Assembly: GCA_020852515.1 (NCBI GenBank)
Contig: JADZAS010000030.1
Coordinates: 222,031-286,030, forward strand
From: Phycisphaerales bacterium
GTDB taxonomy: Bacteria; Planctomycetota; Phycisphaerae; Phycisphaerales; UBA5793
Direction of reading: 5' to 3'
Length of the DNA stretch: 64,000 nucleotides
The notes below the pieces were generated by a model. The model made no database searches and was not told where the DNA came from. It saw nothing but the letters and a program-made list of their open reading frames with translations. Below are positions 10,361 to 19,100 of the stretch, one piece after another. The stretch's first letter is position 1, and the number at the start of each line of letters is the position of its first letter. A program made the position numbers and the translations under genes.

Positions 10361-11404
10361 ATGACTGAACCGACGGCGTCTCCCAACAACCTGCCACCTG
10401 CCACGTTCACGCTCGGAACCTTCGCGCGGACGCTGCTGCTCATCTCGGTGGCGTTGATCGCGGGGATGACGATTCGCCGGAAAGTCAATGCGAATGCGGA
10501 CCTGCAGATGGCCTATCTGGCGGGATTCGTCGTCGGAACGCTCGGCACGTCGGCGCTGCTGGCGATGATCTTGTGGGGCATCGGATGGTGCTTCTATCGC
10601 GTTTCGCGCCGCAGCCGCACCATTGGACGCAGTGTCGTTCTCGTGCTGTCCAGCATTCTGGCGTTTGGCACGCTGGTCAACGGCCTGATCGAATCACGGA
10701 ATTCGCGAGCAGAGGCGCGGGTGCATGAAATCGTGCACAACATCCACGCGGATCGCGAGAAACAATTCAACGAGACCGGCGTGATCATCCCAGACGTTGA
10801 TGCGGTGCACGAGGCGAACACCGCCCTGTCCGAGTTCGTCAACTCGAAGTCCGGCATCGAGAAGATTACGGGCCAGATCATGGTCGAGTTCAACAACGAG
10901 CTGATTGAGCTGGCGGCACAGTACCAGAAGGCCGTCGAGGCATTCGGCAGCGCCGGCGGCAACGAGGTGAGCACGATAACCGATGCGAAGGTGATCACCG
11001 CCCGGATCGATCTCATTGACGCGGCTCTCAAGTGCAGCGGGGCAGTCTCAGACGCGCTCGAAGCAGCGCCTGAAACGCTGCATACGAAAATGCTCCAGCG
11101 CGGCGTTCCGGATGACTATGCGGGAAAGTTCCTTGCAAGCGCGTTCATTGCAATGCGTCTCGTCGAGGCCATGGAGATTCGCCGTCTGGAAACACTGATT
11201 CTCCAACTCCAGCGGCAGCAACTTCAGTTTCTCGAAACGCGGTGGGGCTACTGGTCGTTCGACAGCGAGACGAATCAGATCGTCATCGAGGCTGAAGACC
11301 TTGCATCCAAGTACGACGACCTGATCCATGAAATGGAAGAGGCGGTGCAAGCGCAACAGGTTCTGCTGCGCTCTCTGATCGATGCCCAGCAAGACCGAAA
11401 TTGA
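10361..11404 (+). CDS. hypothetical membrane protein (3 predicted TM helices plus helical/coiled-coil domain), no recognisable family
   Basis: Long ORF with hydrophobic segments LLLISVALIAGM, YLAGFVVGTLGTSALLAMILWGIGWCF and SVVLVLSSILAFGTLV, then a helical Q/E/L-rich tail. GC is lower than the flanks. Start ambiguous (GTG 10331 or ATG 10361), with no clear SD. Confidence 0.55.
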   Translation: MTEPTASPNNLPPATFTLGTFARTLLLISVALIAGMTIRRKVNANADLQMAYLAGFVVGTLGTSALLAMILWGIGWCFYRVSRRSRTIGRSVVLVLSSILAFGTLVNGLIESRNSRAEARVHEIVHNIHADREKQFNETGVIIPDVDAVHEANTALSEFVNSKSGIEKITGQIMVEFNNELIELAAQYQKAVEAFGSAGGNEVSTITDAKVITARIDLIDAALKCSGAVSDALEAAPETLHTKMLQRGVPDDYAGKFLASAFIAMRLVEAMEIRRLETLILQLQRQQLQFLETRWGYWSFDSETNQIVIEAEDLASKYDDLIHEMEEAVQAQQVLLRSLIDAQQDRN

Positions 11405-11435
11405 GCTGGACCTGATCTGGAACAGGCTCGCCGCG

Positions 11436-13478
11436 TCACGCCGGACTCGGCACCACTCCCGAGCCGGGTTCTTCGCCGTCTGCGGCCGGGGCGTTCTTGC
11501 CGACGATCGACTCGCCGGGGGCTCGCTTCTTGCGATGCTCGGCGGCGAGCAGGTCGCTCACCGTGGGCTTGTCGATCGTGTCACCGCGCATCAGGCGGTG
11601 CACTTCGTCGGCGCTGAGCGTCTCGAACTTGAGCAGCGCATCGGCGACGGCCTCGACCTTTTGCCAGTTCTCGCGGATCAGCTTTTCGCAGTCGGTGTAC
11701 GCCTCGTCGCTGAGGCGCTTGATCTCCTCGTCGATGATGCGTGCCGTTTCGTCTGAATAGCCTTTCTCGGGCAGCGCGAAGTCGCCGGCTTCGTCGTGGC
11801 CGTAGCGCACGAATCCCAGCCGCTTGCTCATGCCCCATTCGAGGATCATCATCCGCGCGAAGGCGGTGACCTGGGCAATGTCCTGGGCCGCGCCCGACGA
11901 CACGTCGCCGGTCATGATCTCCTCAGCGATGCGGCCGCCGCACATGACGCGCATGGTGGACTGGAGGTACTTGAGCCCAAAGCCGTAGCGGTCCTTTTCG
12001 GGCAGGCTGAACGTCGCCCCGCCGTACTGGCCGCGCGGAATGATCGTCACCTTGTGCAGCGGATCGGCGTCAGGCAGCAGCGACTGCACCACGGCGTGTC
12101 CTGCTTCGTGGTAGGCCGTGGCCACCTTTTCCTTTTCTTCGATGACGCGGCTCTTGCGGGCCCGGCCGAACTTGATCTTGTCGCGCGACTCGTCGAGGTC
12201 GTCCTGATCGACGTAGTCCTTGCCGGCGAGGGTGGCGATGATCGCCGCTTCGTTGATGATCGCGGCGAGATCGGCGCCCGAGAACATCGGCGTGCCGCGC
12301 GCTGTGCGCTCGAGGTTGACCGTCGGCGCCAGTTTCACCTTGCGCGCGTGGACCTTGAGGATCTCCGTGCGGCCCTTGAGATCGGGCAGCGAGACGATGA
12401 CCTGGCGGTCGAAGCGGCCCGGGCGCGTCAGCGCCGGGTCGAGCACGTCGGCGCGGTTGGTCGCGGCGATGACGATGACCTGGTCGCTGGTTTCGAAGCC
12501 GTCCATCTCGACGAGAATCGCGTTGAGCGTCTGCTCGCGCTCGTCGTTGCCGCCGGTGGCAAATCCGCTGCCGCGCTTGCGGCCGACGGCGTCGATCTCA
12601 TCGAGGAAGATGATGCAGGGATTATTTTCCTTGGCCTGCTTGAAGAGGTCGCGCACGCGGCTGGCTCCGACGCCCACGAACATCTCAACGAAGTCAGAGC
12701 CGGAGATCGAGAAGAAAGGCACGTCCGCCTCGCCGGCGATGGCCTTGGCCAGCAGCGTCTTGCCGCAGCCCGGCGGGCCGTTGAGCAGCACGCCGCGCGG
12801 GATGCGCGCGCCCAGGCGCTGAAACTTCTTGGGATTCTTGAGGAACTCGACGATCTCGGTGAGTTCGTCTTTGGCCTCTTCGATGCCCGCCACGTCGGCA
12901 AAGGTGACGTTGGTGTGTTCCTTGCTGGTCAGGCGGTGCCGCGAGCGGCCGAAGCTGCCGAACATCCCCGCCCCGCCACCGGCGCTGCGCAGGCCGCGGA
13001 ACAGGAAGAACCAGATCACGCCGAAGATGAGGATCCACGGCAGCAGGCCCACGAGCAGGCTGGGCCAGAGGGACGGATTCGCGTCGTCTTTCCATGCCCC
13101 GTTGGTGAGTTCATTCAGTTGCTGCTTGTAGAACTCGTCGGGCTTGCTGATGGGAACGCGGATGGTGCCCTTTGGATAGTTGCCGGTGCTCTCGCGCAGC
13201 TCGCCGTAGATCCCGTTGGCGCGGAGCACGACGCTGTCGCGATCGATCTTGTCCTGCTCATACAGCGTCTGGAACTCACCCCAGAGCAGGGCCTGGCCCG
13301 GCTGCTTGCTGTTGAAAACGACGAAAAGCAGCAGCGCCAGCGCCACGAGCATGATCCACATGAGCAGGCTGCGGCTCATGCGCATGTTCGGCGGCGGAGG
13401 CGGCTGATCGGGGCGACGACCCGGGCCACCCGGCTCGCGCGAGTCGCGTTTCTGATTCTTCGGAGAATTGTCAGCCAT
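11436..13478 (-). CDS. ftsH: ATP-dependent zinc metalloprotease FtsH
   Basis: Walker [14 protein letters not shown], an AAA body, and the zinc motif HEAGHAV. Start trimmed to MADNSPKNQ (ATG 13478). Confidence 0.95.
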   Translation of the reverse strand: MADNSPKNQKRDSREPGGPGRRPDQPPPPPNMRMSRSLLMWIMLVALALLLFVVFNSKQPGQALLWGEFQTLYEQDKIDRDSVVLRANGIYGELRESTGNYPKGTIRVPISKPDEFYKQQLNELTNGAWKDDANPSLWPSLLVGLLPWILIFGVIWFFLFRGLRSAGGGAGMFGSFGRSRHRLTSKEHTNVTFADVAGIEEAKDELTEIVEFLKNPKKFQRLGARIPRGVLLNGPPGCGKTLLAKAIAGEADVPFFSISGSDFVEMFVGVGASRVRDLFKQAKENNPCIIFLDEIDAVGRKRGSGFATGGNDEREQTLNAILVEMDGFETSDQVIVIAATNRADVLDPALTRPGRFDRQVIVSLPDLKGRTEILKVHARKVKLAPTVNLERTARGTPMFSGADLAAIINEAAIIATLAGKDYVDQDDLDESRDKIKFGRARKSRVIEEKEKVATAYHEAGHAVVQSLLPDADPLHKVTIIPRGQYGGATFSLPEKDRYGFGLKYLQSTMRVMCGGRIAEEIMTGDVSSGAAQDIAQVTAFARMMILEWGMSKRLGFVRYGHDEAGDFALPEKGYSDETARIIDEEIKRLSDEAYTDCEKLIRENWQKVEAVADALLKFETLSADEVHRLMRGDTIDKPTVSDLLAAEHRKKRAPGESIVGKNAPAADGEEPGSGVVPSPA

Positions 13479-13587
13479 GAGGTGCTGTTCCCACAAGCCC
13501 CTGCAGCCCGGCCCTGTGCCGCGCGTGCGATGCCCGTGTTGGTTTATCGGCTCCACCCGGCCGACGGTTAATCCTACGCCTCAAGTC

Positions 13588-14133
13588 TCACCATTGATCG
13601 CGCATTGCCGCGACGATTTGCTCGGCCAGCCGCTGACTGACGCCGAATTCCGCGATTTCCGGCCTCTCGCCCACGGGTCGTGAAGGCATGTACTCGTCGC
13701 CGACCGAAAAGTTCTGCCGCTGCACGATCATCTTGCCCGTGCGCACGTCCCGCCACTGGAAATCGACCGTCACGCTCAGCAGCATTTCGCGCACCAGCCC
13801 GCTGCCCCGGGAGCGGTTCAATCGCGTCTTTTCCACGCCCGTGATCGTGCCCGACAGTTCCGTCTGCGCCGCGTCACTCGTATTCACCACGGCGTAGGGC
13901 GTGCGCTTCTGGATCTCTTTGATCAGCGCATCGGTGATCTCTCGCTCGACGCCGGTGTAGTAGGTGCGGTTGTCGAAAATCGGCACCGCGATGCTGTGGT
14001 ATTTCTCGGGGTAGAGACTGTCGGCGGTGTAGCCCGTGCGATCGCCCGAGCCGTCGGTCGAGGCGCAGCCGGTGATGGCTGCGGCCGCGCTCAGCGCGGC
14101 GGTGGCAGCCGCGATTCGCACCAGCGTTCTCAT
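13588..14133 (-). CDS. lipoprotein, LptE-like (LPS-assembly lipoprotein family candidate)
   Basis: Lipobox AAITGC after a signal peptide. The pattern HSIAVPIFDNRTYYTGVEREITDALIKEI ... AAQTELSGTITG resembles the LptE-type pattern I.V.F.N.T...G.E..LT.AL. Its ATG overlaps the upstream gene stop (ATGA, 14130-14133). Confidence 0.55.
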   Translation of the reverse strand: MRTLVRIAAATAALSAAAAITGCASTDGSGDRTGYTADSLYPEKYHSIAVPIFDNRTYYTGVEREITDALIKEIQKRTPYAVVNTSDAAQTELSGTITGVEKTRLNRSRGSGLVREMLLSVTVDFQWRDVRTGKMIVQRQNFSVGDEYMPSRPVGERPEIAEFGVSQRLAEQIVAAMRDQW

Positions 14134-15227
14134 GGCTGATCCTCCACCGGCGGGCCGGCAGGCTCAGGCTCGGCCGACTCGGGCCCTGTCGCCTCCGGGG
14201 CCGCCGCATCGGCCGTCACCGGCGGTGCGTCCTGGAGCAGCTCCTCGGGCACTTCGTCGCTCACCCAGCCGCGCTCTTTCATCGCCTTGTAGGCCCGCTG
14301 GGCGGCGAGGGTGGAAGAGTGCTTGTCGATGAGCCGCTTGAGCACGAACCTGGCCGAGACTTCATCTTTGCGGCGCAGATAGAAATCGGCATCGACGAGC
14401 ATCTTCTCAGCCCGCGCTTCTTCGATGCGCTGCTGCAGCGCCTCGGCCCGCATCTGCTGCGCCTGGGCCGGGTAGCGGGTGCGCAGGATGTTCAGCCAGC
14501 CATCCGCCTCCTCCAGGCCCGAGACGTCAAAGGCCGGCCCCTTGAACGTCGCCAGGTGCGAGTAGACGAGACGCTGCATCGCGTCTGGGTTATCTGCGGC
14601 CTTGGGGTTGTTCTTGATGTAGATGTCGTACATCGTCGCCGCAAGCTCCATGTTGCGCCGATCGTAGTAGAAGTCGGCGAGGGCCCGGCCGGCGCGCTCG
14701 GCGAGTTTGCTGCCCGGGGCCCGCTCCTGGATGCGGATGAACAGTTCCTCCGCTTCGTCGTAGGCGCGAAACCACCGCATCCCCCACAGCTTGCGCCGCA
14801 GGCCACCGGCGAAGAGCTGCGCCACTTCAAACTCGCGCTCGAGCGCGATCATGAACGCTTCGCTGCCGGGGAACATGCGGCAGATGGCCTCGTAGTCAAA
14901 GAGCGACTTGTAGTAGTCCTTGGCGAGGAAGAGTGAATCGGCGCGGATGAGGTACGCCTCGGCCTCGAGCGGATCGCCCTTGTGGTTCTTGAGCCAGTTG
15001 TCCATGCGCCGCCGGGCGTCGCCGTAGCGCTTCTGAGCCAGCGCCTGCCGCGCGAGGTGCAGTTCGCCCGCGGGCGTGTCGAGTTGCGGCTCATCGACGA
15101 TTTGCCACGTGCCCTCGGCCGTCAGGTCGCGCTCGACCTGCTGCGCCGCAGCGGGCGCAGCGGCCAGCGCCAGTACCAGAGTGAAGCCGGCAGCGGCAAG
15201 CGGCAGCGTGGATCGCGGTGTATTCAT
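14130..15227 (-). CDS. TPR protein, BamD/YfiO-like outer-membrane assembly factor candidate
   Basis: Signal peptide MNTPRSTLPLAAAGFTLVLALAAAPAAAQ, with no lipobox Cys. The body is TPR-like (AEAYLIRADSLFLAKDYYKSLFDYEAICRMFPGSEAF..., ADFYYDRRNMELAATMYDIYIKNNP). Start trimmed to ATG 15227 because the longer ORF runs through a terminator hairpin. Confidence 0.55.
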   Translation of the reverse strand: MNTPRSTLPLAAAGFTLVLALAAAPAAAQQVERDLTAEGTWQIVDEPQLDTPAGELHLARQALAQKRYGDARRRMDNWLKNHKGDPLEAEAYLIRADSLFLAKDYYKSLFDYEAICRMFPGSEAFMIALEREFEVAQLFAGGLRRKLWGMRWFRAYDEAEELFIRIQERAPGSKLAERAGRALADFYYDRRNMELAATMYDIYIKNNPKAADNPDAMQRLVYSHLATFKGPAFDVSGLEEADGWLNILRTRYPAQAQQMRAEALQQRIEEARAEKMLVDADFYLRRKDEVSARFVLKRLIDKHSSTLAAQRAYKAMKERGWVSDEVPEELLQDAPPVTADAAAPEATGPESAEPEPAGPPVEDQP

Positions 15228-15280
15228 GGTCGCGGGCATCATAGAGGCGGGCCTGCACGCGGCAAGGCTTCCTGGCGGCA

Positions 15281-15316
15281 TCGACAAAGCGGGACGGGCC
15301 ATGCGACCCGTCCCGC
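15281..15316 (-). terminator. hairpin terminator candidate after the Met-rich protein gene
   Basis: GCGGGACGGG (15289-15298) pairs perfectly with CCCGTCCCGC (15307-15316) around an 8-nt loop. On the minus strand TTTGTCGA follows, a weak U-tract. Confidence 0.45.
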
Positions 15317-15353
15317 GCGAAAAGCCTTTACGACGTGATCGGAGTCGCGAATG

Positions 15354-17117
15354 TCAGAACAGCGGCGGCTCCTCTTCGTCCATGCCGTTCCCGCCCATCG
15401 GGCCGGCCTGCTGGGCGATGTTCATGATCGACTTGATCACCGGCGCCGGAACGACGAATGAGCCGGCAAAGCCACCGCTGCTCACGGTCGCGCCCATGCC
15501 CACGGGCGGCAGGGCGGCGAGTTCTTCAAAATCGACGCCCGGCGCAAAGCCGGCCGCGAGCGGCGCGGCCATCTTCGCGATGGCGCCCATGCCGATATAG
15601 AAGCGCAGCGAGGGATTGGGCGGAAGCATCTTGTCCACCGCCGCAAGCGTCTTGTTGTCGCCAAGACTCGGCGCTTCGCCCTTCATCGCGGCGATCGACT
15701 TCTCGATCACTTCAGCGTTGCGGCTCGTCGTCTGGATCACGCCGCCCTCGACGGGCACGACGTAGCCCTGCATGCCGCCCGGGCCGTAGAGCATCGACAT
15801 CATCTGCTGCATCTGCATCATTTCGGGAGGCACGGTCATCTTGACGGCGTAGGTGTCGGCCTTGATGCCGGCGATGTCCTTGGCGCCCTGCTGGTAATCG
15901 GTCGTGATCTTCATGCCCCCGGGCGCTTCGGTCTCGCCCATGGCTCCGATCGTCTCGCGCACCGCCGCGAGGATCTGCTCCTGGTTGCCGCTCATGCGCG
16001 TAACGCTGCGGCTGAGCAGCCCGGCGAACAGGCCGCCTGGCGGCGGGTAGATGGCCATGCCCATCCCGTCGGTGTGGCGGAGCAGTTCCATGTTGTTCAT
16101 CATGTTCGGAGCGCCGCCGGCGGGCTCCACGCCGAGACGCGCCTTGATCTCGTCGAGCAGCGGGCCGACCTTGACGGCCTTGTAATCCATCGACATCGCC
16201 ATGAGGAACGGCGCATCCTCAAAGCCCTTGAGCAGGTTGCGCGACTCGGCGACGCCCGGGAGCAGCGCCCTCATCTTGCTGCCTTCGCGCGTCTGCACGG
16301 CGAGATCGAACGCAAAGCCTCGCTCGCCGTAATTCAGGCCGGCGACGACGCCGCTGCACTCGTCGATCATCATTCCGATGAACGCCTCGTTCATCCGGGC
16401 GATGTCTTCGCCCATGGGCATGCCCATGCCCATCGCGCCCGCCTGGGCGACCTGCTGCGACACCGCCTCGCTGAACCACTCGATGACTTCCTGCCGGCGC
16501 TCGGCCAGCCCGTCGAAATCGACGATCGCAAACGCCTGCGAGCGCTCGATCACGCCGGTTCCGACTTGCCCGATGCGCTCCTTGAACCGGGCCACGGCGT
16601 TGTCCTGCGCGACGTATCCCTCGGCCAGTTCCTTGCGCGGGCTGAGAACGGCGTACTTGCCGGCGGAGCGGACGTAGGCCGTGCTGCCCATCGCGGTGGT
16701 CACTTCCGACACGCCGTCGGCGCTGACGTCGGGCCCGAAAGCGGAGATCCACTTCGAGTAGTCGGCGACCGGCAGCAGCATGATCATGGGCGGCGCATCG
16801 CCCTCCATTTCATAATCCATCATCGCCACGCCCATGGAGCCTGAGAGATCGAGCGCCGAAGCGCTGACGCCCAGTTGGCTCAGCATCGACGACGGCGTGA
16901 ACTGGCCCACGGCGTCCTGCTCGATGGCGACCATGAGCTGCTTCCACTGCTTGTCCACCTCGCTCAGTCTGGTGGTGCCGATGAAGATTTTGGTGTTCTT
17001 CGGGGCCGCCGCGAGCACGTCGGGGAGATCGGCCTTGGCCAGCGGGGCGGCGCACATCAGGCCCGAGGCGAGGCACAGTCCCGCCAGGCTGGTGGTCGAC
17101 ATCGATCGGAAGTTCAT
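15354..17117 (-). CDS. exported methionine-rich protein of unknown function
   Basis: ATG 17117 is preceded by AGGAGA and gives the signal peptide MNFRSMSTTSLAGLCLASGLMCAAPLAKA. I count about 47 Met in 588 aa, in clusters: GAMGMGMPMG, NMMNNM, DGMGMAI, PPEMMQMQQMMSM. The C-terminus is acidic (GMDEEEPPLF). Confidence 0.75.
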   Translation of the reverse strand: MNFRSMSTTSLAGLCLASGLMCAAPLAKADLPDVLAAAPKNTKIFIGTTRLSEVDKQWKQLMVAIEQDAVGQFTPSSMLSQLGVSASALDLSGSMGVAMMDYEMEGDAPPMIMLLPVADYSKWISAFGPDVSADGVSEVTTAMGSTAYVRSAGKYAVLSPRKELAEGYVAQDNAVARFKERIGQVGTGVIERSQAFAIVDFDGLAERRQEVIEWFSEAVSQQVAQAGAMGMGMPMGEDIARMNEAFIGMMIDECSGVVAGLNYGERGFAFDLAVQTREGSKMRALLPGVAESRNLLKGFEDAPFLMAMSMDYKAVKVGPLLDEIKARLGVEPAGGAPNMMNNMELLRHTDGMGMAIYPPPGGLFAGLLSRSVTRMSGNQEQILAAVRETIGAMGETEAPGGMKITTDYQQGAKDIAGIKADTYAVKMTVPPEMMQMQQMMSMLYGPGGMQGYVVPVEGGVIQTTSRNAEVIEKSIAAMKGEAPSLGDNKTLAAVDKMLPPNPSLRFYIGMGAIAKMAAPLAAGFAPGVDFEELAALPPVGMGATVSSGGFAGSFVVPAPVIKSIMNIAQQAGPMGGNGMDEEEPPLF

Positions 17118-17136
17118 TGGGGTCTCCTGGGTATCA

Positions 17137-17169
17137 GGGTTGATTGACGGTTGTCGGGTTGATTGGCGG
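17137..17169. repeat. 14-nt direct repeat x2 just upstream of the Met-rich gene start
   Basis: GGGTTGATTGACGG (17137-17150) and GGGTTGATTGGCGG (17156-17169) match at 13/14 positions with a 19-nt period. They lie 20-52 nt from the ATG at 17117. Confidence 0.5.
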
Positions 17170-17325
17170 GCGGGTGCGAAGAACTTCATCCACCGGCCCC
17201 CTCCGCGGGGCGCGGCTGGCCGACAGACACAAAGACGAGCCCCGCCGGCGCGCATTCCGTTGATGGTAGCCCCGCCGGCCGGCCCGACCGACCGCGGCGC
17301 ACCGTCCCCGGCCGCCGCCGGCACC

Positions 17326-17354
17326 CTTATACGGCACCGCCACCCCTGCGTTCC
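17326..17354 (-). promoter_or_regulatory. ECF-sigma-type promoter candidate (GGAAC-N16-CGTATAAG)
   Basis: The minus strand reads GGAAC (17354-17350), a 16-nt spacer, then CGTATAAG. This resembles ECF consensus patterns such as GGAAC/TGAAAC-N16-CGTA. Pattern match only. Confidence 0.25.
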
Positions 17355-17379
17355 AAAAAAAGGCGCCTGGCGCCTTTTT
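17355..17379. terminator. perfect palindrome / bidirectional terminator-like hairpin in a divergent intergenic region
   Basis: The sequence is AAAAAAAGGCGCC-T-GGCGCCTTTTT. The arms are exact reverse complements, flanked by A- and T-runs. It lies 23 nt upstream of the hutH ATG. Confidence 0.5.
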
Positions 17380-17401
17380 CGGCCCGGGAGGCTCGACGCC
17401 T

Positions 17402-18937
17402 ATGCTCACGCCCATGAGCCAGCCGCTGGTGCTCGACGGGCAAGGACTCTCGACGGATGACGTCGCGGCGGTGGCGCGCGGCGGGCGGCAGGTGCGCCTC
17501 GGCGCTGCCGGCCGCGCCGCACTCGAGCGCAGCCGAGCCGTCGTCGAACGCGCCCTGAGCACCGGCGACGCCATCTACGGCGTCAATACCGGCTTTGGCA
17601 GCCTCGCCCGACAGCGCATCGCGCCCGACCAGGTCCGCCAGGTGCAGCAGAACCTCATCCGCTCCCACTCCGCAGGCATCGGCGAACCGCTCAGCGAGAG
17701 CGTCGTGCGGTCCATGCTGCTGCTGCTGGCCGCGAGCCTGTGCCGCGGCTGCTCGGGTGTGCGGCCCGTCGTCGTCGAGCGGCTCGTGGACCTGCTCAAC
17801 CATCGGATCGTTCCCGTGGTGCCGTCGCGCGGCTCGGTTGGCGCCTCGGGCGACCTGGCGCCGCTGGCTCACTGCGCGCTCACGCTCATCGGCGAAGGCC
17901 ACGCCATGCACGAAGGCGCCTACAAGCCCGCGGGCAAGGCCCTCGCCGACGCCGGCCTCAAGCCCATCGCGCTTGAAGCCAAAGAAGGTCTCGCGCTGAT
18001 CAACGGCACGCACCTCATGGCGGCGCTCGCGGCACTGGCGCTCGACGACCTCGGCCGGCTCATCGACGCGGCCGTCGTCGCCGCAGCCATGTCCATCGAC
18101 GCCTGCCTCGCGACCGACGCGTTTCTCGATGACCGCCTCCACGCAGCGCGGCACCAGGTCGGCCAGCGCCTCATCGCCGAGCGCCTGCGAAAGTGCCTCA
18201 GCGGCAGTCAGATCATCCCGTCGCACAAGATCGATGATCCGCGCGTGCAGGATCCGTATTCGCTGCGCTGCTGCCCGCAAGTGCTCGGCGCCGCGCTGGA
18301 CACCATCGAGCACGTGCGCACGATTGTGGAGCGAGAACTGCAGGGTGTATCCGACAATCCGCTGGTCTTTGCGGGTCAGGATGGACAGGCCGATGCGATC
18401 ATCAGCGGCGGCAACTTCCACGGCCTGCCGCTGGCGCTGGCGATGGATGCCGCCGCCATCGCGGTGGCCCACATTGCCGGCATCAGCGAGCGGCGCGTGT
18501 ACTACCTGCTCGCCGCGAGCGACAGCGAAAACCCGCTGAATCCCTACCTTTCACCCCAGCCGGGCCTGCACTCGGGCCTGATGATCGTGCAGTACACGGC
18601 CGCGGCCTGCTGCAACGAGATCCAGACGCTGTGCGCGCCGGCGAGCGTGGCGAACATCCCCACCTCGGCCGGCCAGGAAGATTACAACTCGTTCGGGCCC
18701 AACGCGGGCTACAAACTCCGCCGGGCAGTCGAACTGGCGACGAGCGTGATCGCGATCGAACTGCTCTGCTCGGCCGAGGCGCTCGAGTACCACCGGCCGC
18801 TGCGCAGCGGCGCTGTGGTGGAGGCAGCGCACGAAACGGTGCGCAGCGTCGTGGCGCGCCTGACTGCCGACCGCCCGATGACGGCGGACATCGAAGCCAT
18901 TACGAAACTGATCCGGTCAGGCCGGATCGGCGGTTAG
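17402..18937 (+). CDS. hutH: histidine ammonia-lyase (aromatic amino acid lyase family)
   Basis: MIO-forming motif GSVGASGDLAPLAH and an HAL-like SH in QNLIRSHSAGIG. GGGAGG lies upstream of ATG 17402; ATG 17414 is an alternative start. Confidence 0.9.
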   Translation: MLTPMSQPLVLDGQGLSTDDVAAVARGGRQVRLGAAGRAALERSRAVVERALSTGDAIYGVNTGFGSLARQRIAPDQVRQVQQNLIRSHSAGIGEPLSESVVRSMLLLLAASLCRGCSGVRPVVVERLVDLLNHRIVPVVPSRGSVGASGDLAPLAHCALTLIGEGHAMHEGAYKPAGKALADAGLKPIALEAKEGLALINGTHLMAALAALALDDLGRLIDAAVVAAAMSIDACLATDAFLDDRLHAARHQVGQRLIAERLRKCLSGSQIIPSHKIDDPRVQDPYSLRCCPQVLGAALDTIEHVRTIVERELQGVSDNPLVFAGQDGQADAIISGGNFHGLPLALAMDAAAIAVAHIAGISERRVYYLLAASDSENPLNPYLSPQPGLHSGLMIVQYTAAACCNEIQTLCAPASVANIPTSAGQEDYNSFGPNAGYKLRRAVELATSVIAIELLCSAEALEYHRPLRSGAVVEAAHETVRSVVARLTADRPMTADIEAITKLIRSGRIGG

Positions 18938-19100
18938 CCGCCCGGCACTGTTGTCATAGCCGCGCAGGCAGGCATCCACGAGCGTTCGTGCGCGCACGAC
19001 TTCGTCGAGAGGCAGCGGACGTCATCGCCCGCTCCTGGATTCCCGCCCCGCCTTCGCTCAAGGCCGGCTCTGCGCGGGGACGACGGGTTTGGCGACCCCG

